Source: Gammaproteobacteria bacterium
GTDB taxonomy: Bacteria; Pseudomonadota; Gammaproteobacteria; Ga0077536
Assembly: GCA_050247235.1 (NCBI GenBank)
Contig: JBFWUN010000001.1
Location: 103,630 to 167,629 of the forward strand
Length of the DNA stretch: 64,000 nucleotides
Direction: 5' to 3'
Numbering within the stretch: the stretch's first letter is position 1; each line of letters starts with the position of its first letter. Of the stretch, positions 43,478 through 53,008 are shown piece by piece. The notes beneath the pieces were generated by a model that was given only the letters and a program-made list of their open reading frames with translations, was not told the origin of the DNA and searched no databases. A program made the translations under genes and the position numbers.

Positions 43478-45110
43478 TCCCGGCGTAGCCGTCCGATGCC
43501 TGCTTCAGGTATTTCGCGTACTCGGCGCCGCCGGTCGCGAAGATGTTGTAACGGGTGTGTCCGTACTCGTGGCCTTCGAGGTTGGAGTTGTAGCCCGTGA
43601 TCCAGCTCTGCGCCTTGCGCAACAGCATCCCCTCGTAGCTCGCCTTGACGGCCTCGAACCATGCCTGCTGGGCATCTGCCTTGGCATCGAAGCGCGTGTA
43701 TCCCCGTGCCCACATGAACTCCAGCAGCGGCATGATCCAGTCCACTGCCACCTCGGAGCCACGCGGAAAGTTGGCGGCGGCGATCTGCGGCCCACCCAGC
43801 ATCACCAGGTTGGGGAAGCCGTGGATCATCATGCCGAGATAGGTGGCGGGACCCCGGGCCCACGCTTCGCACAGCTTCCGGCCGCCGAGGCCGCGGATGT
43901 CAATGCGATCGTAGGCGCCGGTGAACGCATCGAACCCGGTCGCATAGACAAGGATGTCGAACTCGAATTCCCGGTCGGCCGTACGCACTCCGGTCGCGGT
44001 GATGCGCTCGATCGGCGTTGCCTTCGCGTCCACGAGTTCGACGTTGTCGCGGTTGTAGGCTTCGAAGTAGTTCGTCTCCAGCGGCAGGCGCTGGATACCG
44101 AAACCGTGATCTCGCGGGATCAGCAGTTCCGCGATCCTCGGGTCCTTCACGCGCGCCCGGATCTTGTCCGCGATGAACGCCGACATCTCGGCGTTGGCAC
44201 GCTCGTCCATGAAGATCTCCGGGAAGTTCGCCAGCCAGATCCCGAAGCCTGGCTCCGCGTAGAGCTTCTCCCAGAACGCACGCCGTTCCTCCGCCGAGAG
44301 GTCGTAGAAGCTGCGCTTGTCGGGCTCGTGTTCGAACGCGGCCGGCGAGCGGGCGCAGGCGGCGAAGATCTCGTCGTAGCGGGCGCGGATTGCCGCCATC
44401 TCGGCGTCGCCGATCGGCCCGTTGTTGAGTGGTGCGGCCCAGTTCGCGCGCCGCTGGAACACCGTCAGGCGGGCCGCCTGCTGCGCGACGACCGGGATGA
44501 TCTGGATGGCCGTGGCGCCGGTGCCGATGATGCCGACCCGCTTGCCCGCAAGATCGGGCGGCTGGTGCGGCCAGTCCGCGGTGTGGAACGACAGCCCCCT
44601 GAAGTCCTTCATCCCCGGGATCCTGGGCAAGGTCGGAATCGACAGCGGCCCAAGTCCCGCAACGACGACGTGCGCCGTCAGCAGTCGTCCGCCGTTCAAC
44701 GTGAGCCGCCAAGTGTCCGTGGCTTCGTCGAAATGCATGGCTTCCACGCGACAGCCGAACTGCATGTGCTTGCGCAGGTCGAACTTGTCGACGACATAGT
44801 TCAGGTAGCGCAGGGTTTCCGGTTGCGGCGAGAAGCGTTCGGACCAGTGCCACTCGTTCAGCACTTCTTTCGAAAACGAGTAGCCGTAGGTGTAACTCTC
44901 GGAATCGAAGCGCGCGCCGGGATAGCGATTGTTGTACCAGGTGCCGCCGAGATCGGCGTTGGCGTCCAGCACCGTCGCGTGCACGCCGAGATCGGCGAGC
45001 CGCTTGATCTGGTAGATGCCGGACACTCCAGCACCGATGACGATGACTTCGTAATCGCACGGAGACATGCGCGGATTGCCGGAGGTGGACTGCTTTGCGG
45101 TGTTCGCCAT
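43464..45110 (-). CDS. Type I Baeyer-Villiger monooxygenase
   Basis: GAGVSG, GGTWYNNRYPGARFDSES, FRGLSFHTADWP, GTGATA; start could be 45068. Confidence 0.92.
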   Translation of the reverse strand: MANTAKQSTSGNPRMSPCDYEVIVIGAGVSGIYQIKRLADLGVHATVLDANADLGGTWYNNRYPGARFDSESYTYGYSFSKEVLNEWHWSERFSPQPETLRYLNYVVDKFDLRKHMQFGCRVEAMHFDEATDTWRLTLNGGRLLTAHVVVAGLGPLSIPTLPRIPGMKDFRGLSFHTADWPHQPPDLAGKRVGIIGTGATAIQIIPVVAQQAARLTVFQRRANWAAPLNNGPIGDAEMAAIRARYDEIFAACARSPAAFEHEPDKRSFYDLSAEERRAFWEKLYAEPGFGIWLANFPEIFMDERANAEMSAFIADKIRARVKDPRIAELLIPRDHGFGIQRLPLETNYFEAYNRDNVELVDAKATPIERITATGVRTADREFEFDILVYATGFDAFTGAYDRIDIRGLGGRKLCEAWARGPATYLGMMIHGFPNLVMLGGPQIAAANFPRGSEVAVDWIMPLLEFMWARGYTRFDAKADAQQAWFEAVKASYEGMLLRKAQSWITGYNSNLEGHEYGHTRYNIFATGGAEYAKYLKQASDGYAGITFA

Positions 45111-45327
45111 GACGAGCCTCTTCGTTGTCATACCTGGTAGTCGATCGGCGTCCCGACCCACCGTACGGCGCCTCCCCGTTCAGCTGCGCAGGGGACGTCG
45201 GCCAGTACCCGGTACACGATCGGACGCTGCCCGAAACAAGCCCGCCCGATGCTGATCACGATCATGTCTTCCGCATCTGCGCACGTGTCCGTGACCGGTA
45301 CTCGTCTTCACGTCCGCCGTGGCGAGC

Positions 45328-45795
45328 TCACCGCCCCCGGCTTGGCCACTGGACCCCGTAGTCGGCGAGACCACCCGACAGGCGGGTGCCGCCTGCCTCG
45401 CGCACCACGTCCCGGAAGGACGGACTGCCGACGACCTGGGACTTGAACGCGGTGAGGAAACGCGTCACGTCCGTCCGGAGGTCCTCGGCGAGCTGGAAAT
45501 GCGCGTAAGCCTCATCCAGCACCTCGAGCAATTCCTGCCAATGCGCTTCGGTGATGCCCATGCCTTTATGGGCCGCGATCATGTCCCGTCCCTGGTAGAC
45601 CGCGGGTCCTCCCCAATGAGAGGACGCGAAATCGCAGAAGCTCTGCAGTTCCGCCTTGACCCGTTCCTCGGACATGTGCTTCCAGATCTTCCCGACCTCC
45701 TCCCGCGCCATCATCCGCGCGATCACGTATTCGATGAACGCATAGATCGCGTCGTAACCTCCGACCCGTTCATAGAGTGTGCGTATGTCCGCCAT
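45328..45795 (-). CDS. Group I truncated hemoglobin
   Basis: TLYERVGG, GGPAVYQGRDMIAAHKGMGIT (proximal His). Confidence 0.85.
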   Translation of the reverse strand: MADIRTLYERVGGYDAIYAFIEYVIARMMAREEVGKIWKHMSEERVKAELQSFCDFASSHWGGPAVYQGRDMIAAHKGMGITEAHWQELLEVLDEAYAHFQLAEDLRTDVTRFLTAFKSQVVGSPSFRDVVREAGGTRLSGGLADYGVQWPSRGR

Positions 45796-45940
45796 GGAGT
45801 CCTCCTGCGCATCCGCCGCGCCAGTCGTTCGCGTGCGCACCGCGCGCCACCGGGACTTGGTACCACGGATCGGCGGTCGCCCGCCACCGGGCCGAACCTG
45901 CTGCACCGCGCAGCTTGCACTGCAATCCGCGCGGATGGAC

Positions 45941-45955
45941 CGGCACGATTTCTGC
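45941..45955 (+). promoter_or_regulatory. Candidate sigma-54 promoter, distal to sod
   Basis: CGGCACGATTTCTGC, GG-N10-GC. Confidence 0.45.
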
Positions 45956-46150
45956 GCGAACGCGACAACCCGCCCGGGCCGCTGGCAGGGATCAAGGTCA
46001 TCTAACCGCGGGCGTGTCGCATCGGCGTGCGGCTACGCGGCGCCCGCGTGAACGTGGGACCGCGGCAGAAATTTCACGACTGATGCAGATTGTGCACACC
46101 CGAACGATCACTCAATCCGCCGAATCAGGGCATTCGCCCGCTCCGGCTCC

Positions 46151-46165
46151 CGGCACGCAACTTGC
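46151..46165 (+). promoter_or_regulatory. Sigma-54 promoter for sod
   Basis: CGGCACGCAACTTGC, near-consensus -24/-12. Confidence 0.72.
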
Positions 46166-46257
46166 CTCGTGAACGATGCGATCGACGCGTGTCGATCGCG
46201 CACCGCAACGCGCTGGAACTGCCCAGGCGCCAGGCACATCAGAAAGAGGGTTGCGTC

Positions 46258-46878
46258 ATGTTCGAACTGATCAATCTCCCGTACGAGGACACGGCACTCG
46301 AACCAGTGCTGTCACGCGAAACGCTCCGCTTCCACCACGGCAGGCATCATCGCACCTACGTGGACAAGCTGAACGCACTGCTGAACGACAATCCCCGGGC
46401 GGTACGCTCCCTGGACGACCTCGTGCGGACCGCGGACGGCGCGCTGTTCAACAACGCCGCCCAGGCCTGGAACCATGACTTCTACTGGCTCGGATTGCGT
46501 CCGCGACCCGGCCAGCCCGACCGGCGTCTGCTGAACCAGTTGCGCGCAAGCTTCGGAGGTGAGGCGAAGTTCCGCAGCGAGTTCACGCGCAAGGCGTCCG
46601 CGCACTTTGGCGTCGGGTGGGCCTGGCTGACGGCGCACATGGACGGCACGCTCGAAGTCCAGTGCACGTCGGACGCGGATACCCCCCTCCGCCACGGGAG
46701 CCAGGCATTGCTGGCATGCGACCTGTGGGAACACGCGTATTACATCGACTACCGGGATTCGCGCACTCGCTACCTTCATGCGTTCTGGGAGATCGTGGAC
46801 TGGGAGACCGTCAGCGATCGTTTCGACGCGACGATGTCGCAGGCGCGCCGGAGTGACCTGAAGCGCCGCTCCGGCTGA
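46258..46878 (+). CDS. sodB: Fe/Mn superoxide dismutase (Fe-type signature)
   Basis: HHGRHH, FNNAAQAWNH, DLWEHAYY. Confidence 0.88.
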   Translation: MFELINLPYEDTALEPVLSRETLRFHHGRHHRTYVDKLNALLNDNPRAVRSLDDLVRTADGALFNNAAQAWNHDFYWLGLRPRPGQPDRRLLNQLRASFGGEAKFRSEFTRKASAHFGVGWAWLTAHMDGTLEVQCTSDADTPLRHGSQALLACDLWEHAYYIDYRDSRTRYLHAFWEIVDWETVSDRFDATMSQARRSDLKRRSG

Positions 46879-46890
46879 CGAGATCGACGC

Positions 46891-47196
46891 GTGGCATTTG
46901 CGCAGTTCGCCCGGGCCTGCCGACGTCGATTCGATGCCTGGGGGAATCGCTGCCGAGTGGCGCGGGCAGTCAGGGCCGCCGCCGGGTTCTCGCTGCTGGC
47001 GGTTGGCGTGATCATGCTCGTCACCCCCGGGCCGGCGGTCGTCGTCATCCCGAGCGGGCTCGCGATGCTCGCTCCGGAGTTTCCATGGGCACGCCGAGTG
47101 CTCCTGCGTCTCGCGGATTGGACACGCGAGCACCGCCTCAGACGGATCTCCAAGGTGCTTCAGCGCGGTGCGCAATCCCGCAAATCAGCACGTTGA
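46891..47196 (+). CDS. PGPGW-domain small membrane protein
   Basis: G..LL.VG.IMLVTPGPA...IP.GLA.LA.EF.WA. Confidence 0.7.
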   Translation: MAFAQFARACRRRFDAWGNRCRVARAVRAAAGFSLLAVGVIMLVTPGPAVVVIPSGLAMLAPEFPWARRVLLRLADWTREHRLRRISKVLQRGAQSRKSAR

Positions 47197-47258
47197 ATAC
47201 AATCGTGTGGTGACGGGCGCCTTCATTGCCCGAGAGTAACATCCCGCCGTTCGCGCGC

Positions 47259-48644
47259 TCAGATCCAGAACCACAGGAGTGCAGCGGCCCTCTCCTTCAG
47301 ACGCTGCAACATGGTCCGCTGCATCAGTTTCTCCGTCTTCAAGCGGGATGCGCGCTCGAGATCCACCCGAAACACCCGGGACATCCTGTCCGCGAAGTGA
47401 CCGTCGACGATCACGGCCGTGATCTCGTTGTTGTGCACCAGGCTGCGGAGATCGAGATTGGACGACCCGATCATCGACAACCCATCGTCTATCACCGCGA
47501 TCTTCGCGTGAATGAATCCCGCCTCGTACAGGTACAGCCGTACACCCGCGTCCAGCAGTTCGGAGAACAGTGTTCGTGATGCGTTCGCGGTCAACACCGA
47601 GTCGCTGACGGAGGGAAGCAGAATCCTCACATCGACCCCGCGACGCGCCGCGTCGAGCAGCGCGTGCTTGAGCGACTCGTCAGGCAGAAAGTAGGGTTGA
47701 GTGATCCAGAGCCGGCTCCGGGCATGCGTGAAGGCAGCAAGATAGGTGCCATGAATCGCTGTTTCTTCGTCCGCGGGATTGCTGACGACGGCGGCGACGA
47801 GCGCCGTGCCCACGGGGACATTGTCGGGCATGTAGCGGAGGTCCGGACCGGGAGCCTCGCCCCCCGCCGCCGCCCACGCTGCGAAAAACTGCGCCTGGAA
47901 TTGCTGGACCACGGGTCCTTCGATCCGGACCTGTGTGTCTCTCCACCCATCCTTCAGCGCGTCCTCGGTGTCACGCTTCACGGTCGCCGACGAATTGTAG
48001 GTCCCGCTGATATTGACCCCGCCGACGAACGCGGTCTTGCCATCCACGATGAGGAGTTTGCGGTGATCGCGCTGCTGGAACCTGCCGCTGACCACGTCAT
48101 CCACGGTTTCAACCGGGTGATACGCCTCGACCTCAACGCCTGCGGCCGTCATCGCGCGGAACAGCGATTCGTCCGAACTCAAGGATCCGAACGCGTCGTA
48201 GAGCACACGAACTTCCACGCCCTCTTCGCGCTTTGCCATCAGAAGATCGGCGAAGGAGCGCCCCAGGGAGTCGTCCGCGAAGATGTACGTTTCGACATGC
48301 ACATGATGTCGCGCCTCCTGGATTGCCGCGCCGTAGGCGGCGAATATCGCGGGTCCATCGTGATAGGGCGTCACCCGGTTGCCGGCGACGAATGTCGCGT
48401 GGTGAATGCTGCGCCGGACTGCATCGAGCAGTGCGCGATTGCCGGGCGTGTTTCTTCGCGCCCCCAGTGCGGCTCGATACAGTACCGCGTCCGCGTCAGC
48501 GGAACCGGCACCCTCGGCGGTCACCAGCGGCGGCGCAACGGGAGCAGGCGCCGCCGAGGTGACTCGGACCGCCGAACCGGCGCAGCCTGCAAGCTGGACG
48601 AGCGCGACGAACACGATGGTGACCGGGGTGTAAATTCTCATCAT
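47259..48644 (-). CDS. Cardiolipin synthase-like phospholipase D with lipoprotein signal
   Basis: Two HKD motifs (HRKLLIVD, HAKIAVID), WRDT, GSSNLD; lipobox LAGC. Confidence 0.88.
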   Translation of the reverse strand: MMRIYTPVTIVFVALVQLAGCAGSAVRVTSAAPAPVAPPLVTAEGAGSADADAVLYRAALGARRNTPGNRALLDAVRRSIHHATFVAGNRVTPYHDGPAIFAAYGAAIQEARHHVHVETYIFADDSLGRSFADLLMAKREEGVEVRVLYDAFGSLSSDESLFRAMTAAGVEVEAYHPVETVDDVVSGRFQQRDHRKLLIVDGKTAFVGGVNISGTYNSSATVKRDTEDALKDGWRDTQVRIEGPVVQQFQAQFFAAWAAAGGEAPGPDLRYMPDNVPVGTALVAAVVSNPADEETAIHGTYLAAFTHARSRLWITQPYFLPDESLKHALLDAARRGVDVRILLPSVSDSVLTANASRTLFSELLDAGVRLYLYEAGFIHAKIAVIDDGLSMIGSSNLDLRSLVHNNEITAVIVDGHFADRMSRVFRVDLERASRLKTEKLMQRTMLQRLKERAAALLWFWI

Positions 48645-48727
48645 CGTCTTGAATTCCTTACATGTCAGAGCCGCCGCACTCCCCGGAATCCGCTTCCTTG
48701 TCGTTGTTTCGGCAGAGATAAATCAAA

Positions 48728-48742
48728 TGGCATGCCATCTGC
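48728..48742 (+). promoter_or_regulatory. Sigma-54 promoter for the BON gene
   Basis: TGGCATGCCATCTGC, GG-N10-GC, ~78 nt upstream of the ATG. Confidence 0.68.
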
Positions 48743-48819
48743 ACTCCTGAACTCGGGCGGCGCGCAACCGGACATCCGGAACCACGCCTCCATCCCCACT
48801 CGATGACAAGGAGCGATTC

Positions 48820-49125
48820 ATGAAACACGCAACGAAGTTCTCATCCGTCATTGGCCTGGTCGGCGTGCTGTCCGGGCCTGCATGGGCCGCTGAAACTCAT
48901 ACGGCGGGTGAAATCCTTGATGACACCGTGGTGACCACGAAGGTCAAGGCGAAGCTGGTTGCAGATCCCGTCACCAAGGCGCACCAGATCTCGGTCGAAA
49001 CCTTCGAGGGCACGGTCAAGCTGTCCGGCTTCGTGGACACACCCGCCGCTGAGCAACGGGCGATCGAGATCGCCCGTGGCATCAAGGGCGTAACGGCCGT
49101 CGAAGACAATCTCGACGTCCGTTGA
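48820..49125 (+). CDS. BON-domain protein (OsmY-like)
   Basis: Signal peptide; DD..VTTKVKAKL, ISVET..G.V.LSGFV, GV..V...L. Confidence 0.9.
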   Translation: MKHATKFSSVIGLVGVLSGPAWAAETHTAGEILDDTVVTTKVKAKLVADPVTKAHQISVETFEGTVKLSGFVDTPAAEQRAIEIARGIKGVTAVEDNLDVR

Positions 49126-49459
49126 ACGAAGACGTGAGCCGGGTCGGCGGTGACATCACGTCACTGCCGGCCCGGCCCTCGTGCTTCATCGCCCCGGATG
49201 CGCTCACCCAGGGATCACGATGACCCGGATGGCGCCACGCCACCGGCACGGTTCAGTTTCGCTGCTCCCCCACGCCTCACCGGGTGTTTCGCGCCGCGGC
49301 ACTCGCAGGCACCCATCGCCGGCAGACTTCGGACACATGCCAACGTGCTGTCTGAAACCCGCCGGTCAATCGGCGCACGACATGAATGGCGCGCGCGAAG
49401 CGCCCCGCCTGCCATCCGCGGGCGGGGCATATCGCGGGTATCACCGCTTGGACCAGCCG

Positions 49460-49624
49460 CTAGACGCCTGGCCTCCTGCCGAGCACCGTGAACACGATCG
49501 CAAGGATCAGCCCGACGACGAACAGCACCCAGGCGATGTGCATCGACATCCCGGCAATACCGGAGAGTCCGAGAACGCCAGCGATGATCGCGATGACGAG
49601 GAACGTGATTGCCCAACTGAACAT
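49460..49624 (-). CDS. DUF1328 (YtjA-like) small membrane protein
   Basis: [25 protein letters not shown]...[10 protein letters not shown]. Confidence 0.88.
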   Translation of the reverse strand: MFSWAITFLVIAIIAGVLGLSGIAGMSMHIAWVLFVVGLILAIVFTVLGRRPGV

Positions 49625-49667
49625 GGTGAACATCCTTTCCAATCGTTGAACTTGGATGTTCAGTCCT

Positions 49668-49682
49668 GCAGCTAACATGCCA
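49668..49682 (-). promoter_or_regulatory. Sigma-54 promoter for the DUF1328 gene
   Basis: Minus strand TGGCATGTTAGCTGC. Confidence 0.65.
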
Positions 49683-49861
49683 GCCCGACTTCTCGTCGAA
49701 TCGCGATAGATCATGCAGAAAGCGCGCGCGCACGCCTGCCGCGGACAAAGGATTCCCGCCGGTATCCACCCCGGGCCTTCGCAGGGAGAGTTTCCGCGAT
49801 GCCGGGCTGTGGACGATCGATCCAGGGCCAGTGCGCTCGGCAGTTCTTACACCGCGGGGTG

Positions 49862-51280
49862 TCAGAATTTCCCTGGCTGCGTATCCGCCGGCGGCTCGTA
49901 CGAGGAAGTCGCCGACGGGAGAAATGCTTCGACGATAGTCCCCGCGGCAGCGGCTCGCGGCCTGACGGAAAATTCGCCGCCGATCACCGCGACACGTTCG
50001 CGCATGCCGATCAGCCCGTGCGAGAGCGGCCGATCCAGTGCGTCGGCCTGGATACCGACGCCGTCATCGATGATGCGCAGGCGGATCCCGTCATGTTCGC
50101 GATGCAACTTGACCTGCACGCTCGATGCGTGCGCGTACTTGGCGATGTTGGTCAGAGATTCCTGCACCACCCTGAAGAGCGAAATCCTCCAGTGGGGATC
50201 GATCTCTCCGATGTCCTCGGGAATTTCCACGTGACATGGGATGTCACTGCGCCGCGCGAAGTCCTCGCAATGCATCCTGATTGTCGCAGGCAGCCCCAGG
50301 CTGTCCAGCATGCTCGGCCGAAGACCCTGGATAATGCGTCGCTTGAGATTCACAGTCTCCCGCAACAGCTTGCTCGCACGTGCAAGCTTGTTGGCGAGCG
50401 ACGGCTCGAGCTTCTCCAGCCGACCCTGCACGGTACTCACGTCCAGGATGATGGCCGTGAGGTTCGATCCCAGTTCGTCGTGCATGTCGCGCGCGAGCGT
50501 CGCTTTCTCGCTCTCGGTGACGCTGATCAGATGTCGCGCGAGATGCGACAGCTGCTGAGTCCGCTTGTGGACTTGCAGGCCGAGCGTTTCATTGGCGAGC
50601 TTGAGATCGCGTTCCGCGATGAGCCTTCTGCGCAGATTGGCAGCGACACTGCTGTACAGGACCCCTAGCGTGGCGAGCGAGATCACCCCGATACCGATGT
50701 TCTGCAGCGTCGCTGACCGGAATTCCTGAACCGCCCTCGCGTTACGGGTAATGATCGACTGTCGCTCCTCATCGATCATCGTATCGATGAGGACGACTGC
50801 CCGATCCATCAGGCTCTTGCCCCGGTCGGAATTCACTTCCCGGATCGCCGCATCGCGTTCACCCCGCTCCGTCATCGTGACCGTGCGGTTCATCTCGCGC
50901 AGTTTCGCACGCAGCAGGTCATCGAGGTCGAGAAGTCGAGCAGCCTGGGTGGGTTCGGCGCGGACGAGTAATCGCAGCTTGTCCAAGGCCTCCGGCAACC
51001 TGGATTCGGCGGGGCGATACTGGTTGAGATAGTCGGGATCCAGGGTGAGCAGGTAACCCCGCTGGCCGCTCTCCAGAAGCGCAAGATCCGCCTGCAGGCT
51101 GTGCAGCAGTCCCTTGGTGGACCACGTGGTGGTGGACTGCACCGCGCCCTCCTCGACCTTCTGCATCACCGTCCAGCGCGACGCGGCGTTGATGACGATC
51201 AGCGTGATGGATGTCACCAGCAGCAGCGTGAGCCGCAACGGCATGATCGCGATGGCCGTTTCATCGTCGGGTTTCGTCAC
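49862..51280 (-). CDS. CHASE3-domain sensor histidine kinase (HisKA_3)
   Basis: ESGQRGYLLT (CHASE3), ARDMHDELGS, QESLTNIAKYA, DDGVG, GLIGMRER. Confidence 0.92.
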   Translation of the reverse strand: MTKPDDETAIAIMPLRLTLLLVTSITLIVINAASRWTVMQKVEEGAVQSTTTWSTKGLLHSLQADLALLESGQRGYLLTLDPDYLNQYRPAESRLPEALDKLRLLVRAEPTQAARLLDLDDLLRAKLREMNRTVTMTERGERDAAIREVNSDRGKSLMDRAVVLIDTMIDEERQSIITRNARAVQEFRSATLQNIGIGVISLATLGVLYSSVAANLRRRLIAERDLKLANETLGLQVHKRTQQLSHLARHLISVTESEKATLARDMHDELGSNLTAIILDVSTVQGRLEKLEPSLANKLARASKLLRETVNLKRRIIQGLRPSMLDSLGLPATIRMHCEDFARRSDIPCHVEIPEDIGEIDPHWRISLFRVVQESLTNIAKYAHASSVQVKLHREHDGIRLRIIDDGVGIQADALDRPLSHGLIGMRERVAVIGGEFSVRPRAAAAGTIVEAFLPSATSSYEPPADTQPGKF

Positions 51281-51554
51281 CTCCGCTCCCTTCTGCCCGG
51301 CGCTGCGGACCTCGTGCCACCCCGAGCTTCTTCGTCACCTTCCAGCACCAGGTGATGCATTCAATGTACCTGACAAGCGCCACCGTCATGCGCTCCGTCC
51401 GTCGCGGAGGTGGGCCGAGGAGCCCTGACCCCACGCCCACGAGCCCGGCCACGAGGAGCCCGAGGGGAGTCACGGCGCGCGTGCAGAGTTGTCGCCTGAG
51501 TGCTGCTTCGCGGACACTCAGCCGCTGCAGCCGCCTCCATGCCGTTTCGCGCAT
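51261..51554 (-). CDS. Small hypothetical protein (YqjK-like position)
   Basis: Short ORF with one hydrophobic stretch between the YqjE-like gene and the kinase. Confidence 0.4.
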   Translation of the reverse strand: MRETAWRRLQRLSVREAALRRQLCTRAVTPLGLLVAGLVGVGSGLLGPPPRRTERMTVALVRYIECITWCWKVTKKLGVARGPQRRAEGSGGDETRR

Positions 51555-51572
51555 CGCTTCGATACCCGCCGC

Positions 51573-51980
51573 TCAGCGCGCGTCCTTCAGCGGGAGACGG
51601 TTCCGTCTCCTTGGCCTCCGGAGGAGGCGGACGCCCCACCATGTCAGCGCCAGCGCGACGAAGTTGGCGCCGACCCCGAGCGCCCATGCGGACGGGGCAT
51701 CGACCCCCGAGACGAGCGCGCAGTAGACGATCGCGCCAAAAGACAACGCCCACATCGAGGTCACGAGCGTGGCGCCCAGCAGCACGAGTACGAGCAGCAT
51801 GGACAAGCGCCGCTGAGCCCGTCTCAGTTCTTCCCCGAGCAGGTCCAGGAACGTGAACGCCATCTCGACCCAGACGGTGATGAGCGTCGACACAAGCGTC
51901 GTCGCCTTCGGTGGCCCAGGGGTGCGCGTTCCGTCCTCCTCAGGTGCCACCGCCCGGGATTCACCGGGCACGGTGCTCAT
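51573..51980 (-). CDS. YqjE / phage-holin-like membrane protein
   Basis: L...EL.....R followed by two TM helices; downstream of the DUF883-like gene. Confidence 0.55.
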   Translation of the reverse strand: MSTVPGESRAVAPEEDGTRTPGPPKATTLVSTLITVWVEMAFTFLDLLGEELRRAQRRLSMLLVLVLLGATLVTSMWALSFGAIVYCALVSGVDAPSAWALGVGANFVALALTWWGVRLLRRPRRRNRLPLKDAR

Positions 51981-51987
51981 GGACTGT

Positions 51988-52329
51988 TCAACGCCGCAGC
52001 AGGCGCGTCAGCACGAATCCGGCCGCCGCCGCGCACACGAGTGTCTTGCCGGGGTGTGTTCTGATCAAGGTCGCGCATTCATTCGCGAGGCGCACGTAAA
52101 GCTCGCGCGCGTCTTTCACGCCGGAGTCCGCGGCGGCACCGGCCTCCGCGGCGAAGGTGTTCACGGTATCCACCGCCTCGTGTGCCTCGCGCGCGAGGCG
52201 GTCGATCACCGAGTGCGAAACCACCGAGGTTTCTTCCTGGTGATTGCGGCCAGGCGCATCTTCGCGCTTCACGCGCCGTGTCGCCCTTGCCGAATTGCGC
52301 CCGGCAGCGTGATCCCGTCGTGTCTCCAT
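51988..52329 (-). CDS. DUF883 / ElaB-YqjD-like protein
   Basis: C-terminal IRTHPGKTLVCAAAAGFVLTRLLRR tail anchor. Confidence 0.7.
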   Translation of the reverse strand: METRRDHAAGRNSARATRRVKREDAPGRNHQEETSVVSHSVIDRLAREAHEAVDTVNTFAAEAGAAADSGVKDARELYVRLANECATLIRTHPGKTLVCAAAAGFVLTRLLRR

Positions 52330-52369
52330 GTCAGCCTCCGAATGTTCCGATAGTCGTCGCATGATCGGG

Positions 52370-52384
52370 GCAATTTCCGTACCA
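52370..52384 (-). promoter_or_regulatory. Sigma-54 promoter for the DUF883-like operon
   Basis: Minus strand TGGTACGGAAATTGC. Confidence 0.7.
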
Positions 52385-52432
52385 CCTCGGTCGAACCCGG
52401 CCCGGCGTCGAGGGAACGCTGCGTCGAACGCC

Positions 52433-52849
52433 TCAATGCCGGTTGTCGGCCGCGAGCCGATCGATGATGTCCAGCAAAGTGCCGAAGCCGGTGGCCTTGT
52501 CCAGGAAGTACTGCGCGCCGTAGAGGGCTGCCAGACGTCGGAACTCACTCTCGACATAGTTGCTGAAGATGATGCGTGTCGCGGGTTGCTCCCGTGCCGG
52601 TTGCGCATTCGCGAGTTCCCGCAGCACACCAAGACCGGTTCCCTCACGCAGCTGGATGTCGGCGATCAGGACGTCACACGGAGTCTGCGCCAGCGCGTCG
52701 CGCGCCTCCCGTTCCGATTCGGCCGTCCCCACCACCTGCACGTGCGGGATCTCAACGAGCTGCTCCACCAGCAACGCCCGAACCGTCGGCGAGTCCTCGA
52801 CGATGAATACCCGCAGTGGAACTTCCGGCTGTTCGGCTGGTGATTGCAT
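52433..52849 (-). CDS. Stand-alone response regulator receiver
   Basis: VFIVEDS, DIQLREGTG, FSNY, FLDK; no output domain. Confidence 0.85.
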   Translation of the reverse strand: MQSPAEQPEVPLRVFIVEDSPTVRALLVEQLVEIPHVQVVGTAESEREARDALAQTPCDVLIADIQLREGTGLGVLRELANAQPAREQPATRIIFSNYVESEFRRLAALYGAQYFLDKATGFGTLLDIIDRLAADNRH

Positions 52850-53008
52850 GTCAGTTCTTCCAGCAACGGTTGTCATGTCCCGGCGCGGGTCGCCTTGAAT
52901 CCGGACAACGGCGTCGCGCGCGGGCCTCCGGACCGGGACGACGGAAACCGCGCGTGCCGGCGCACTCTCTACCCTGCGTAAGCGGCGAACCTCCGTCGCA
53001 GGAAATCT

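Noticed and set aside
51555-51575. In-frame TGA between two small ORFs as readthrough or selenocysteine
   Set aside because: An ATG follows 6 codons later, no SECIS is evident, and yqjE/yqjK-like genes are normally separate
52944-52959. Sigma-54 site upstream of the stand-alone receiver (CGGCACGCGCGGTTTC)
   Set aside because: Lacks the -12 GC at the required spacing
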